64,000 nt of DNA from an uncultured Bacteroidales bacterium (lineage in GTDB: Bacteria; Bacteroidota; Bacteroidia; Bacteroidales; JAADJA01): NCBI GenBank assembly GCA_964421215.1, contig CAYQWA010000021.1, forward strand, positions 20,571 through 84,570, given 5' to 3'. Numbering within the stretch: the first letter of the stretch is position 1; each line of letters opens with the position of its first letter. This document shows, piece after piece, positions 9,468 through 17,708 of the stretch. The notes below the pieces were generated by a model, which had not been told where the DNA came from, did no database searches, and was given only the letters and a program-made list of their open reading frames with translations. Both the position numbers and the translations under genes were made by a program.

Positions 9468-11018
9468 TTAAATATCACCCAGGGCTTTTAGCTTAAACCT
9501 CTCTAAATCTGAAGGCTGGTGTTCCAGTTTCATAATTTCTTCTACCTGTTTTATGATCTCCGGAAAATCCGTTGCCACATTGTTTTCTTCTTTAATATCA
9601 TTATCAAGGTTATACAATTCAATTTCAAGATTTCCTTTCTTAATATTATTCCTGATGGCTTTCCAGGAACCCATTCTCACTGCCTGCTGGCCACCATATC
9701 CGGCAAATTCCCAATATAGATACTCTGGTTCTTTCTGTTCCTTACCTACTAATACTGGCAGGAAGCTTATACCATCAGAAAATTCAGGAATATCTGATTT
9801 AGTGATATCACACAATGTTGGCATCACATCCCAAAAAGCTGAGATATGGTTAGTTTCTGTTCCGGGTTTTATCTTATCGGGCCATGAGGCTATCATAGGT
9901 ACGCGGATTCCGCCTTCATACAGGTATCCTTTGTTGCGCTTTGGGTGTGTCAATAGTGGTTTGGCACTCTCAAACCATTCAACATCAGCATCAATATAAG
10001 TAGGTCCGTTATCACTTGTGAAGATGATCAGGGTATTTTCATAGATCCCAAGTTCTTTCAATTTTGAGACCAGATCTCCAATCTGTTCATCGAGGTAGGA
10101 GATCATTCCAGCATAGGCTGCGCGTGGATAACGGTGTGGATAATAAGAGGCGTTTGCCAGCGGCTCTTCATCACCAAATTTGTTCACATAATAATCCACC
10201 CAATTTTTTGGCGCTTGTAATGGCAGGTGCGGAATAGGTGTGGCATAGTACATAAAAAAGGGTTTGTCCTGATTGTCTTCAATAAAGGATAAAACTTCAT
10301 TATGCATCACAGTTGGAGCATAATCGTTCAAATTGAAATTACGGTAACTTGCCCCATCGAAAGGATCTGCACCTTCTTCCAGCCCGATGTGCGGTTTTAC
10401 TGTATCGTTATCCAGGTACAACCTGTTTTCATTTTTATAAAGATGAACAGGATAATAGGTGTGTGCAATGCGTTGGCAGTTATATCCTATAAAAAAGTCA
10501 AAGCCCATTTTATTGGGGATGCTGTTTGTGTGGGGAGCACCAAGGCCCCATTTGCCTGCCATTCCTGTAACATAGCAGGCGTCTTTCAGAATATTTGCTA
10601 TTGTGAGGGTACTGTCGGGAAGTGGGTACTGGCCTTCAAGGGTAGAATCGTTTATCATGGCCTCATAGCTCCAGACATCACCCCGGCTTCCCCACTCATG
10701 GTTTCCTCTGATGTAAGCATGTCCGGGATGTACTCCTGTTAACAGGTTACAGCGTGCCGGGGCACACACTGGCGAGCCAGAATAATGTTGAGTAAACCGC
10801 ATTCCGGTTTCAGCCAGTTTATCGATGTTCGGAGTTTCAATTTTTTCCTGACCATAACAACCCAGTTCTCCGTATCCCAGGTCATCGGCTAAAATGTAGA
10901 TGATATTGGGCAATTCCTTACCACTTTCTTGTGGGACCTGCTTACCCTGACAACCTGAGAAAAGTCCAGCCAATATCAAAAGAACAACAATAACTACATA
11001 ATTTCTTTCTTTGATCAT
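9468..11018 (-). CDS. Sulfatase (S1, Cys-type), lipoprotein
   Basis: Motifs are LADDLGYGELG, SPVCAPARCNLLTG, GKWGLG and FTSDNGP. I trimmed the start to MIKERNYVVIVVLLILAGLFSGC (ATG at 11018), because the 11138 start would run into fucI. Confidence 0.9.
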   Translation of the reverse strand: MIKERNYVVIVVLLILAGLFSGCQGKQVPQESGKELPNIIYILADDLGYGELGCYGQEKIETPNIDKLAETGMRFTQHYSGSPVCAPARCNLLTGVHPGHAYIRGNHEWGSRGDVWSYEAMINDSTLEGQYPLPDSTLTIANILKDACYVTGMAGKWGLGAPHTNSIPNKMGFDFFIGYNCQRIAHTYYPVHLYKNENRLYLDNDTVKPHIGLEEGADPFDGASYRNFNLNDYAPTVMHNEVLSFIEDNQDKPFFMYYATPIPHLPLQAPKNWVDYYVNKFGDEEPLANASYYPHRYPRAAYAGMISYLDEQIGDLVSKLKELGIYENTLIIFTSDNGPTYIDADVEWFESAKPLLTHPKRNKGYLYEGGIRVPMIASWPDKIKPGTETNHISAFWDVMPTLCDITKSDIPEFSDGISFLPVLVGKEQKEPEYLYWEFAGYGGQQAVRMGSWKAIRNNIKKGNLEIELYNLDNDIKEENNVATDFPEIIKQVEEIMKLEHQPSDLERFKLKALGDI

Positions 11019-11028
11019 AATGCTTTTA

Positions 11029-12783
11029 TTATTTGTACAAAGGGCCATAGTTAGCACACGCTCTGTAATCGGCACCTTCTTCATCCATTCCGAACATTCC
11101 CCATGCGCCGGGACGGTATATTTTATCTTCTTCAACATTGTGCATATTAACAGGAATTCTAAGCATTGAGGCCATGGTGATCAAGTCAGCACCGATATGT
11201 CCGTAACTCGAAGCACAATGGTTAGCTCCCCAATTGGCCATTACCGAATAAACATCCTTAAATGCACCTTTTCCCGTCAGATAAGGTACAAACCAGGTTG
11301 TCGGCCAGGTTGGATTGGTACGTTCGGTTAATACTTTATGCATTTCTTCTGGTAAATCAACGGTGTACCCTTCGGCAATCTGCAAGACAGGCCCAATGCC
11401 TTTTACCAGGTTAATGCGTGATATTGTGATGGGCATGCCTCCCCGGGTAAGAAATTCGGAAGAGAAACCTCCGCCTCGAAAATATTCGGTAATCGCCGGA
11501 CACCATGTGGTAGCATTTAAGCATTTTTCAACTTCTTTATCCGTAATTTCCCAATAAGGTTTTACAATAGGCTTGTCACCATTTTCTTGTTGTCCTGAAA
11601 AATCAAGAGCCGACGCCCCTGAATTGATTAAATGGATCAGTCCGTTTGAGGCAATGCTTTCTGGCTTTTTACCTGTAACTCGCTCGATGGCTTCAGGACT
11701 CCAGTAAGTACGAATATCAGAAAACAACTGAGCAGTATTGGTGAGCAGGTAACCGAATAGCATCACCACACCATTCAAGGAGTCGTTTTCAGTGGCTACA
11801 AGGTAAGGAGCTCTTTTCCCGTTCCAGTCGAAAGAGGAACAAAGAATGGCTTCAAGGAAATCACCGTTCGGCTGATAATCGGTCCACTGGCGCTGCCCCT
11901 GAAATCCAGCAAGAATAGCATTGTGCCCCAATCCTTCCTCACTATATCCCATTTCTTTTAAACGAGGATTGCCAATCATTAGATCACGTGCAATCATCGC
12001 CATTTTCACAACCTTTTCCCATTCGGCATCTTTCTGTTTCTTTGACTTTTGAGTTTTATTGTAGTCTTTTCCTTCTTTGCAATTTTCTTTTGTCCAGGCC
12101 AGCGCTTTATTAAATTCTTTTTTGTCGTAAATGCCTTCGTCTATCCTTCGAAGAAATTCAGTCATATCGACATATTCATTTCGCATTCCAAGGTATTCCT
12201 GGAAAAAATCTTCATTCACTATTGAGCCTGCAATTCCCATGGAAACGGCACCCATGGAAAGGTAGGATTTCCCTTTCATTAAACCCACAGCCAGTCCGGA
12301 CTTAACAAAACGAAGGAGCTTTTCCTGAACATCTGCTGGAATCGTAGCATCCCCAGCATCCTGAACATCCCTGCCATAAATACCGAATGCCGGCAATCCT
12401 TTCTGATTATGTCCGGCAAGAGCTGCTGCAAGGTAAACTGCACCTGGCCGTTCTGTTCCGTTAAATCCCCAGATGGCTTTAGGAATATGTGGATTCATAT
12501 CTATGGTTTCACTACCATAGCACCATGCAGGTGTTACCGTTAATGACACTCCAACTCCAGCCCTTTCAAATTTATCAGCTGTGGATGCTGCTTCTGCAAC
12601 TCCTCCTATGCATGAATCCGCCAAAACACATTCTACCGGTTGGCCATTTGGATATTTTACATTATTGCTGATAAATTCAGCGGCTGATTTTGCCATATTC
12701 ATCACCTGGTCTTCAAGGGATTCTCTTACACCTCCATCTCTTCCGTCGATGGTGGGTCGTATACCTACTTTTGGATAATTCAT
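11029..12783 (-). CDS. fucI: L-fucose isomerase
   Basis: It is near-collinear with E. coli FucI. Shared segments include [77 protein letters not shown], and the ending YGPLYK. Confidence 0.97.
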   Translation of the reverse strand: MNYPKVGIRPTIDGRDGGVRESLEDQVMNMAKSAAEFISNNVKYPNGQPVECVLADSCIGGVAEAASTADKFERAGVGVSLTVTPAWCYGSETIDMNPHIPKAIWGFNGTERPGAVYLAAALAGHNQKGLPAFGIYGRDVQDAGDATIPADVQEKLLRFVKSGLAVGLMKGKSYLSMGAVSMGIAGSIVNEDFFQEYLGMRNEYVDMTEFLRRIDEGIYDKKEFNKALAWTKENCKEGKDYNKTQKSKKQKDAEWEKVVKMAMIARDLMIGNPRLKEMGYSEEGLGHNAILAGFQGQRQWTDYQPNGDFLEAILCSSFDWNGKRAPYLVATENDSLNGVVMLFGYLLTNTAQLFSDIRTYWSPEAIERVTGKKPESIASNGLIHLINSGASALDFSGQQENGDKPIVKPYWEITDKEVEKCLNATTWCPAITEYFRGGGFSSEFLTRGGMPITISRINLVKGIGPVLQIAEGYTVDLPEEMHKVLTERTNPTWPTTWFVPYLTGKGAFKDVYSVMANWGANHCASSYGHIGADLITMASMLRIPVNMHNVEEDKIYRPGAWGMFGMDEEGADYRACANYGPLYK

Positions 12784-12830
12784 AATTTAATGTCTTCTTT
12801 CAAAATGATTCTCAAATGAAATTTTCAGAT

Positions 12831-14129
12831 TTATAGTGTATGTACCTTAATTGTGCGGTACCCATAAGCAGCGATAACGATAAAACACAGTAATGGCAGA
12901 ACAAATGAGAAGTTTACTTCTGGGACAGTAAGGATAGTTACATCAGAAAATCCCTTTCCTCCAATATCCAGGATCCTTCCTTGCAAAGGAGGCATTAATG
13001 CACCTCCGACAATGGCCATTACCAAACCTGCAGCTCCAATCTTTGCTTCATCACCCATATCTTTTAGAGCAATCCCATAAATCGTTGGAAACATAAGCGA
13101 CATAAAAGCTGATGTTGCAACCAGACAGATCAAACCTGCCTGTCCAATTATAAATATGGTCCCTAATGAGGTCATAACTCCTCCAAGGGCAAAAAACAAT
13201 AACATTTTACCGGGATTGAAATATTTCATCAGAAAGGTACTGATAAAGCGGCTGGAGATAAAAATTCCCATGGCGATCATGTTATAAAACTGGGCCTTTT
13301 CATAGGGTATTCCAATATTGTTGGCATACTGAATGATAAATGTCCAGCACATGATTTGGGCAGCCACATAAAACACCTGTGCAACAACACCTTCAACATA
13401 TCGCCTGTTCTTAAGCAGAGTAACAACACTTTCTTTAAAACTCATTTCCTTACCAAGCTCCTTGAACTTAGGCATTTTATAAACTGCAATTATTATAAAC
13501 ATGGCAATCACCACAAGGCCCAATACAATATAGGGATCTCGGATCACCATGAGGTCATGGGCTCTGATGATCTCTTTTTCAGCTTCAGGTAAGGTTGAGA
13601 AGTTGTCTTTTGCGTTGATCTTACCAAGTATAAATTCTTTGGCTATTAACATGCCTGCTATGGATCCCAATGGATTAAAGGACTGTGCTAAATTCAATCT
13701 GCGGGTTGCCGTTTCTTTGGCCCCCATGGATAAAATGTATGGATTTGCAGTAGTTTCAAGAAATGCCAATCCAAATGTTAAAATATAAAGCGACACAAGG
13801 AAAAAACCAAACAGGCCGTAACTTGCAGCAGGATAAAACATTAAGGCTCCGGTGGCATACAAACCAAGTCCGATCAATATTGCTGTTTTGTAGGAATACT
13901 TTTTAATAAACATTGCAGCTGGCAGAGCCATTGTAAAATAACCACCATAAAATGCAAGCTGGACAAAGGCAGCTTTGCTTGAAGAAATTTCCATCACCCT
14001 GCCAAATGTGGCAACAAGTGGATTGGTAATATCATTGGCAAATCCCCATAATGCAAATAAGGCAGTGATCAGTACAAACGGGACAATCACCTGTTTGGAT
14101 ACAACAATGTTTGATGGTGTTTTTTTCAT
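12831..14129 (-). CDS. fucP: L-fucose:H+ symporter permease (MFS)
   Basis: FucP-like motifs are LETTANPY, LNLAQSFNPLG, VAQVFYVAAQ and FPTIYG, with about 12 hydrophobic segments. I trimmed the start to MKKTPSN (ATG 14129). The track start at 14189 lies inside a palindrome. Confidence 0.92.
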   Translation of the reverse strand: MKKTPSNIVVSKQVIVPFVLITALFALWGFANDITNPLVATFGRVMEISSSKAAFVQLAFYGGYFTMALPAAMFIKKYSYKTAILIGLGLYATGALMFYPAASYGLFGFFLVSLYILTFGLAFLETTANPYILSMGAKETATRRLNLAQSFNPLGSIAGMLIAKEFILGKINAKDNFSTLPEAEKEIIRAHDLMVIRDPYIVLGLVVIAMFIIIAVYKMPKFKELGKEMSFKESVVTLLKNRRYVEGVVAQVFYVAAQIMCWTFIIQYANNIGIPYEKAQFYNMIAMGIFISSRFISTFLMKYFNPGKMLLFFALGGVMTSLGTIFIIGQAGLICLVATSAFMSLMFPTIYGIALKDMGDEAKIGAAGLVMAIVGGALMPPLQGRILDIGGKGFSDVTILTVPEVNFSFVLPLLCFIVIAAYGYRTIKVHTL

Positions 14130-14178
14130 TTGAATTATTGATTGTTGTTGTAATGTTTTATCATTAATTTTTTTGTAG

Positions 14179-14198
14179 AGACAAGGCATGCCTTGTCT
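14179..14198. other. Perfect 20-bp palindrome (AGACAAGGCA|TGCCTTGTCT) in the fucA-fucP intercistronic gap
   Basis: I read it directly; the two halves are exact reverse complements. No U-tract follows it on the transcribed (minus) strand. Confidence 0.6.
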
Positions 14199-14232
14199 TT
14201 ACGATAAGGACGGTGCAAAACCACCAATCCCA

Positions 14233-14847
14233 TCACCAATCCGAAAATCCTTTTTCTTTGGAATAATCCCGTTTCAGGGGCATTCCTATTAATTTGATCC
14301 TGTACAGGATATCTGCGGCCTGTTCCACTCCGGTTAATACACCAAGGGCATCCTCCAGCGTAACACCTTTAGCAAAAACACCGTGTGCCCTTACAACCAC
14401 TGCTGGATAATTCTGTAATGCTGGAGCAACTTTCTCGGCCACCTCGTAAGAGCCTACTGGTATATCGCATTCCACCACAGGAATTTTTTTATACAAAAAC
14501 ATCCCTTCGCCATCAATGCATGTTATTTCATCCAGCACCATAGATAAAGCTGTTGTGGCAGGTGAATGTGCATGAACGATGGCCATGGCATCGGTTTCTT
14601 TGTAGATGTTGCGGTGTACATTTGATTCTGTACTGGCTATTAATCCGCTGTGGGCATCTTCATTTTCCAGGTCAATCTCCACCAGGTCTTCAGGTTGTAA
14701 CCAACCCAGCATAGCTGACCGCCTTGTGATGATCAGTTTGCCACCACTTTTCATGGACAAATTCCCTGCATGGCTGCTGTTGTAACCCCGGTTGCTCAGG
14801 TCCTTACCTACCAGGTCAAAGCTATTGAAAGTTTCTTTGTCTATCAT
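14233..14847 (-). CDS. fucA: Class II aldolase, probable L-fuculose-1-phosphate aldolase
   Basis: It shows the class II aldolase/adducin fold pattern (GNLS..., VHAHS, RAHG). The fuculose-phosphate specificity is inferred from its position between fucP and the other fuc genes. Confidence 0.78.
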   Translation of the reverse strand: MIDKETFNSFDLVGKDLSNRGYNSSHAGNLSMKSGGKLIITRRSAMLGWLQPEDLVEIDLENEDAHSGLIASTESNVHRNIYKETDAMAIVHAHSPATTALSMVLDEITCIDGEGMFLYKKIPVVECDIPVGSYEVAEKVAPALQNYPAVVVRAHGVFAKGVTLEDALGVLTGVEQAADILYRIKLIGMPLKRDYSKEKGFSDW

Positions 14848-14862
14848 AGTTGTTAATGATTA

Positions 14863-14998
14863 AATGCGTGAATGGGACAATGCGTGAATAAGACAATGCG
14901 TGAATGCATGAATGAGGCAATGATTGAATATTGTGTTGTCTCTGTATTTAAATGATAATTCATATTTATGCATTCTATCATTCTCGCATTCATGCATT
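14863..14998. repeat. Tandem 16-bp word repeats (AATGCGTGAATnnGAC, about 3-4 copies at 14863-14926) with an imperfect inverted partner (14971-14998)
   Basis: The direct copies read AATGCGTGAATGGGAC / AATGCGTGAATAAGAC / AATGCGTGAATGCATG / AATGAGGCAATGATTG. The reverse complement of 14971-14998 is AATGCATGAATGCGAGAATGATAGAATG, matching about 22 of 28 positions of the left arm by eye. Confidence 0.7.
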
Positions 14999-16784
14999 AT
15001 TGTTGTAATCCTAATTCTTTCAATTTTTCTTTTTTCGGTTTACCATTCTCATCCCAACCCCGAACGCGATAATAACCTTCGAGCATCTGTTTAACAGGTA
15101 CCACCCGCCCTTCTGATAATCCTTCATTAAATGGTTCATCAAGAAAGCGTTTTGGAAGTTTATCTTCTTCCTTACCTACACCTGCTTTGATATTGAACAA
15201 CCTTTCGAGATTGTAAATTCGTTCACCGATCTCCAGTAGTTTTGTTACATTAAAATCATATCCCGTTATGGCTGTTACAAACCGGGAATGGAAATCAAAT
15301 CCAAGGGCATAACCTGAGAACTTACAATTCACAAGGCTATCTTCCACTGCACTTTGGTTTTGTTTCAGGACCAAAAGATCAGGTTTTCCTGCCTGGGTAA
15401 ACCGGGGGATCTTTTTAGGTGCATTAAATATTTCCATTGCAGCCAGGTAGCCTGTTAAATGGCAACCTCCACGATTGCTGGTGGCATATCCTAAAGCGTG
15501 CCCCATAGCGCCTCGTGGATCATAAGCAGGAAGTTCCAGCCCTTTAACCTGGATTGCAGTTTCCGGATCACCGTATCTGGCTGCCAGCAGGCGTGATCCT
15601 TCAGCCAGTTCTTTTCCTATTCCCTTCTTGTATGCTGTTTTTTTCACCAGTTCAACCAGTACGTCTTCATTGCCAAACTTTACTTCATCGTATGGGAGTT
15701 TTCCTTTTTCCTGGAGTTCCATTGCGCAGGAAATGGTCACTCCCATTGATATGGTGTCCATTCCTAATTTATTACACCAGTAATTAGCCTGTGTAATTTT
15801 TATCAGGTTGAAAATTTCAAGGTTGGCTCCTAATGACCAGACCGTCTCATATTCAGGGCCCTTCCCTTTCATCCCTCCTGCTTTTGTATACCTGCCGCAT
15901 CGGATAGTGCATCCATAGCATGCTTCCGATTTGTCAAAGATCTCCTTCCTGATTGCTTCACCACCAGTTTCATGTGCTTTCTTATGAAAACCATATTTAA
16001 AATTACGGATGGGTAGCATTCCCAGGTTGTTGATTACATGCAGGACGCCTGCAGTACCAAATAAAGGAAATGCTGCTCGTGTAACCGGAAGTGCTTTTTG
16101 CTTGTCTAGTGCCTGTTTTGCATACAGTTTTAAATGTTCCGGATCATGTACTTCCGTTTTTTGCTTTCCGTTTTTTACGATGATTGCTTTCAGATTTTTT
16201 GATCCCATCACCGCACCTACTCCACCCCTGCCGAAAGCACGGCTACCATCATTCATGATTGCAGCAATCTTTACCTGGTTTTCTCCGGCAGGTCCTATCT
16301 CCAGTGTTCTGGATCTATCTCCTTCCAGTTCTTTTAGCTTTTCATGGGTTTCAGCTGTATCCATGCCCCAAAGTGTGGATGCATCTTTCAATTTAAATTC
16401 ACCTTCCCCATCAATTAAAAGATAAACCGGAGAATCCGATTTTCCTTTCACAACGATTCCATCAATACCGCACCTTTTCATGCTGAAACCGAAAATACCT
16501 CCAGTGTTGGAATAGAATATGGTACCCGTTAATGGCGATTTGGTAACCAGAGCCATCCGTCCACTTGTGGATACGGAGGTTCCCGTTACCGGCCCAATAG
16601 TAAATACAAGGGCGTTATCCGGTGATAGGGGCTCAACCTGTGGTGATACCATGTCGGAAAATAGTTTTACACCCAGTCCCCGGCCACCTAAAAATTGTTC
16701 GTACAATTCATCAGATAATGGTAGTGTACAAATCGATTTATCCGATAAATTGACTTCCAGTATTTTATTGAATATTCCCTTCAT
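14997..16784 (-). CDS. aor: Aldehyde:ferredoxin oxidoreductase (tungstopterin AOR family)
   Basis: The N-terminal AOR domain resembles P. furiosus AOR (LGGRGLG, PLSPDN, GPVTGTSVSTSGR, VTKSPLTG). It has the 4Fe-4S motif CYGCTIRC plus the distal SNRGGCHL. Confidence 0.93.
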   Translation of the reverse strand: MKGIFNKILEVNLSDKSICTLPLSDELYEQFLGGRGLGVKLFSDMVSPQVEPLSPDNALVFTIGPVTGTSVSTSGRMALVTKSPLTGTIFYSNTGGIFGFSMKRCGIDGIVVKGKSDSPVYLLIDGEGEFKLKDASTLWGMDTAETHEKLKELEGDRSRTLEIGPAGENQVKIAAIMNDGSRAFGRGGVGAVMGSKNLKAIIVKNGKQKTEVHDPEHLKLYAKQALDKQKALPVTRAAFPLFGTAGVLHVINNLGMLPIRNFKYGFHKKAHETGGEAIRKEIFDKSEACYGCTIRCGRYTKAGGMKGKGPEYETVWSLGANLEIFNLIKITQANYWCNKLGMDTISMGVTISCAMELQEKGKLPYDEVKFGNEDVLVELVKKTAYKKGIGKELAEGSRLLAARYGDPETAIQVKGLELPAYDPRGAMGHALGYATSNRGGCHLTGYLAAMEIFNAPKKIPRFTQAGKPDLLVLKQNQSAVEDSLVNCKFSGYALGFDFHSRFVTAITGYDFNVTKLLEIGERIYNLERLFNIKAGVGKEEDKLPKRFLDEPFNEGLSEGRVVPVKQMLEGYYRVRGWDENGKPKKEKLKELGLQQ

Positions 16785-16789
16785 GGCCG

Positions 16790-17533
16790 TTAAATAAAAA
16801 AGGTGTTTATTTCTTCACGTGATCTTTCAAATAGTTTGCTGTCAAAACGGTACAACATAGCGGGTTTATGCCTGACCCCTGTTTGCTTCTCATTGAGTGG
16901 AACGATATAATTTGCCTTGCCGATTTTTTTCCTGAAATTACGTTTATCCAAAGAGCATCCTAAAATCACTTCGTACATGGATTGAACCTGGTTGAGGGTA
17001 AATTTTTCAGGGAGTAACTCAAATCCTACAACATTTTGTAAAACAATATCCCGATGCAAAGTCTCCATCGCTTTTCCCAGGATCAAGGAGTGGTCAAAAG
17101 CCAGGTTGTCGGCATCGTTTGTATTGATCCACTTTACCTTATCCTCGATCTTTTCCTGATCAGGATTTTGTTTGTCAATTCTGATCAGGGCATAATAACC
17201 GATGGTAACCACCCTGTTGATCTTTATTCCGTAATGCCTTTCCGTCCATTCCTTCTCCTCGTCGTATTTTATTCTTGACGGATCACCAAAAGCCTGAAAT
17301 TGTCTTAGACACACATTTTTTAAACCTGTTAGCTCATAAAGTACACGATGTGCACAATCATCCAGGTTTTCATCTTCCGGTACAAGGCTACCCGGAAATT
17401 TCAAGTTTTTGTTACCGGAATTTTGGTCGGGAAAAATGTCACGTTCATAAACCAGGATCTTTAATTCCTGCTCAGTGGTATCCAATCCAAATATCACACA
17501 ATCTACAGATAAAGAAGGATTTAAGATTGTCAT
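16790..17533 (-). CDS. Nudix-domain transcriptional regulator (NrtR/AraR-like) with a C-terminal winged-helix region
   Basis: The N-terminal Nudix fold has a degenerate Nudix box (GSLVPEDENLDDCAHRVLYELTGL; the canonical REUxEE glutamates are mostly replaced). The C-terminal ~90 aa resemble the NrtR-family DNA-binding domain. It is the first gene of the fuc/sulfatase array, 5 nt upstream of aor. Confidence 0.75.
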   Translation of the reverse strand: MTILNPSLSVDCVIFGLDTTEQELKILVYERDIFPDQNSGNKNLKFPGSLVPEDENLDDCAHRVLYELTGLKNVCLRQFQAFGDPSRIKYDEEKEWTERHYGIKINRVVTIGYYALIRIDKQNPDQEKIEDKVKWINTNDADNLAFDHSLILGKAMETLHRDIVLQNVVGFELLPEKFTLNQVQSMYEVILGCSLDKRNFRKKIGKANYIVPLNEKQTGVRHKPAMLYRFDSKLFERSREEINTFFI

Positions 17534-17539
17534 TTAGTA

Positions 17540-17556
17540 AGTGTAATTTTTACACT
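17540..17556. promoter_or_regulatory. Candidate operator: AGTGTAA-TTT-TTACACT, a perfect 7-bp inverted repeat
   Basis: It lies 7-23 nt upstream of the regulator's ATG and immediately downstream of the predicted -7 box. Confidence 0.4.
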
Positions 17557-17558
17557 AA

Positions 17559-17566
17559 CAAAAGTA
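17559..17566 (-). promoter_or_regulatory. Bacteroidota-type -7 promoter element TACTTTTG (consensus TAnnTTTG)
   Basis: The plus strand reads CAAAAGTA. A TTG sits 19 nt upstream on the minus strand (ATTGACCC), matching the reported -33/-7 spacing. It lies 26-33 nt upstream of the ATG at 17533. Confidence 0.45.
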
Positions 17567-17647
17567 CAGAAATAAAACATCGGGTCAATACCAGAATAAA
17601 ATTTGTATTGATTCTAAACAATGGTCAGGCTTTTAAATTGCTCATTT

Positions 17648-17684
17648 ATAAATAAAAAGGGCCACCCCAATAAGGAATGGCCCT
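17648..17684 (-). terminator. Rho-independent terminator downstream of the 1178-aa gene
   Basis: The minus strand reads AGGGCCA-ttccttattgggg-TGGCCCT followed by TTTTATTTAT. It begins about 25 nt after the stop at 17709. Confidence 0.65.
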
Positions 17685-17708
17685 CGAAATGTACAACTTA
17701 TTACAATT

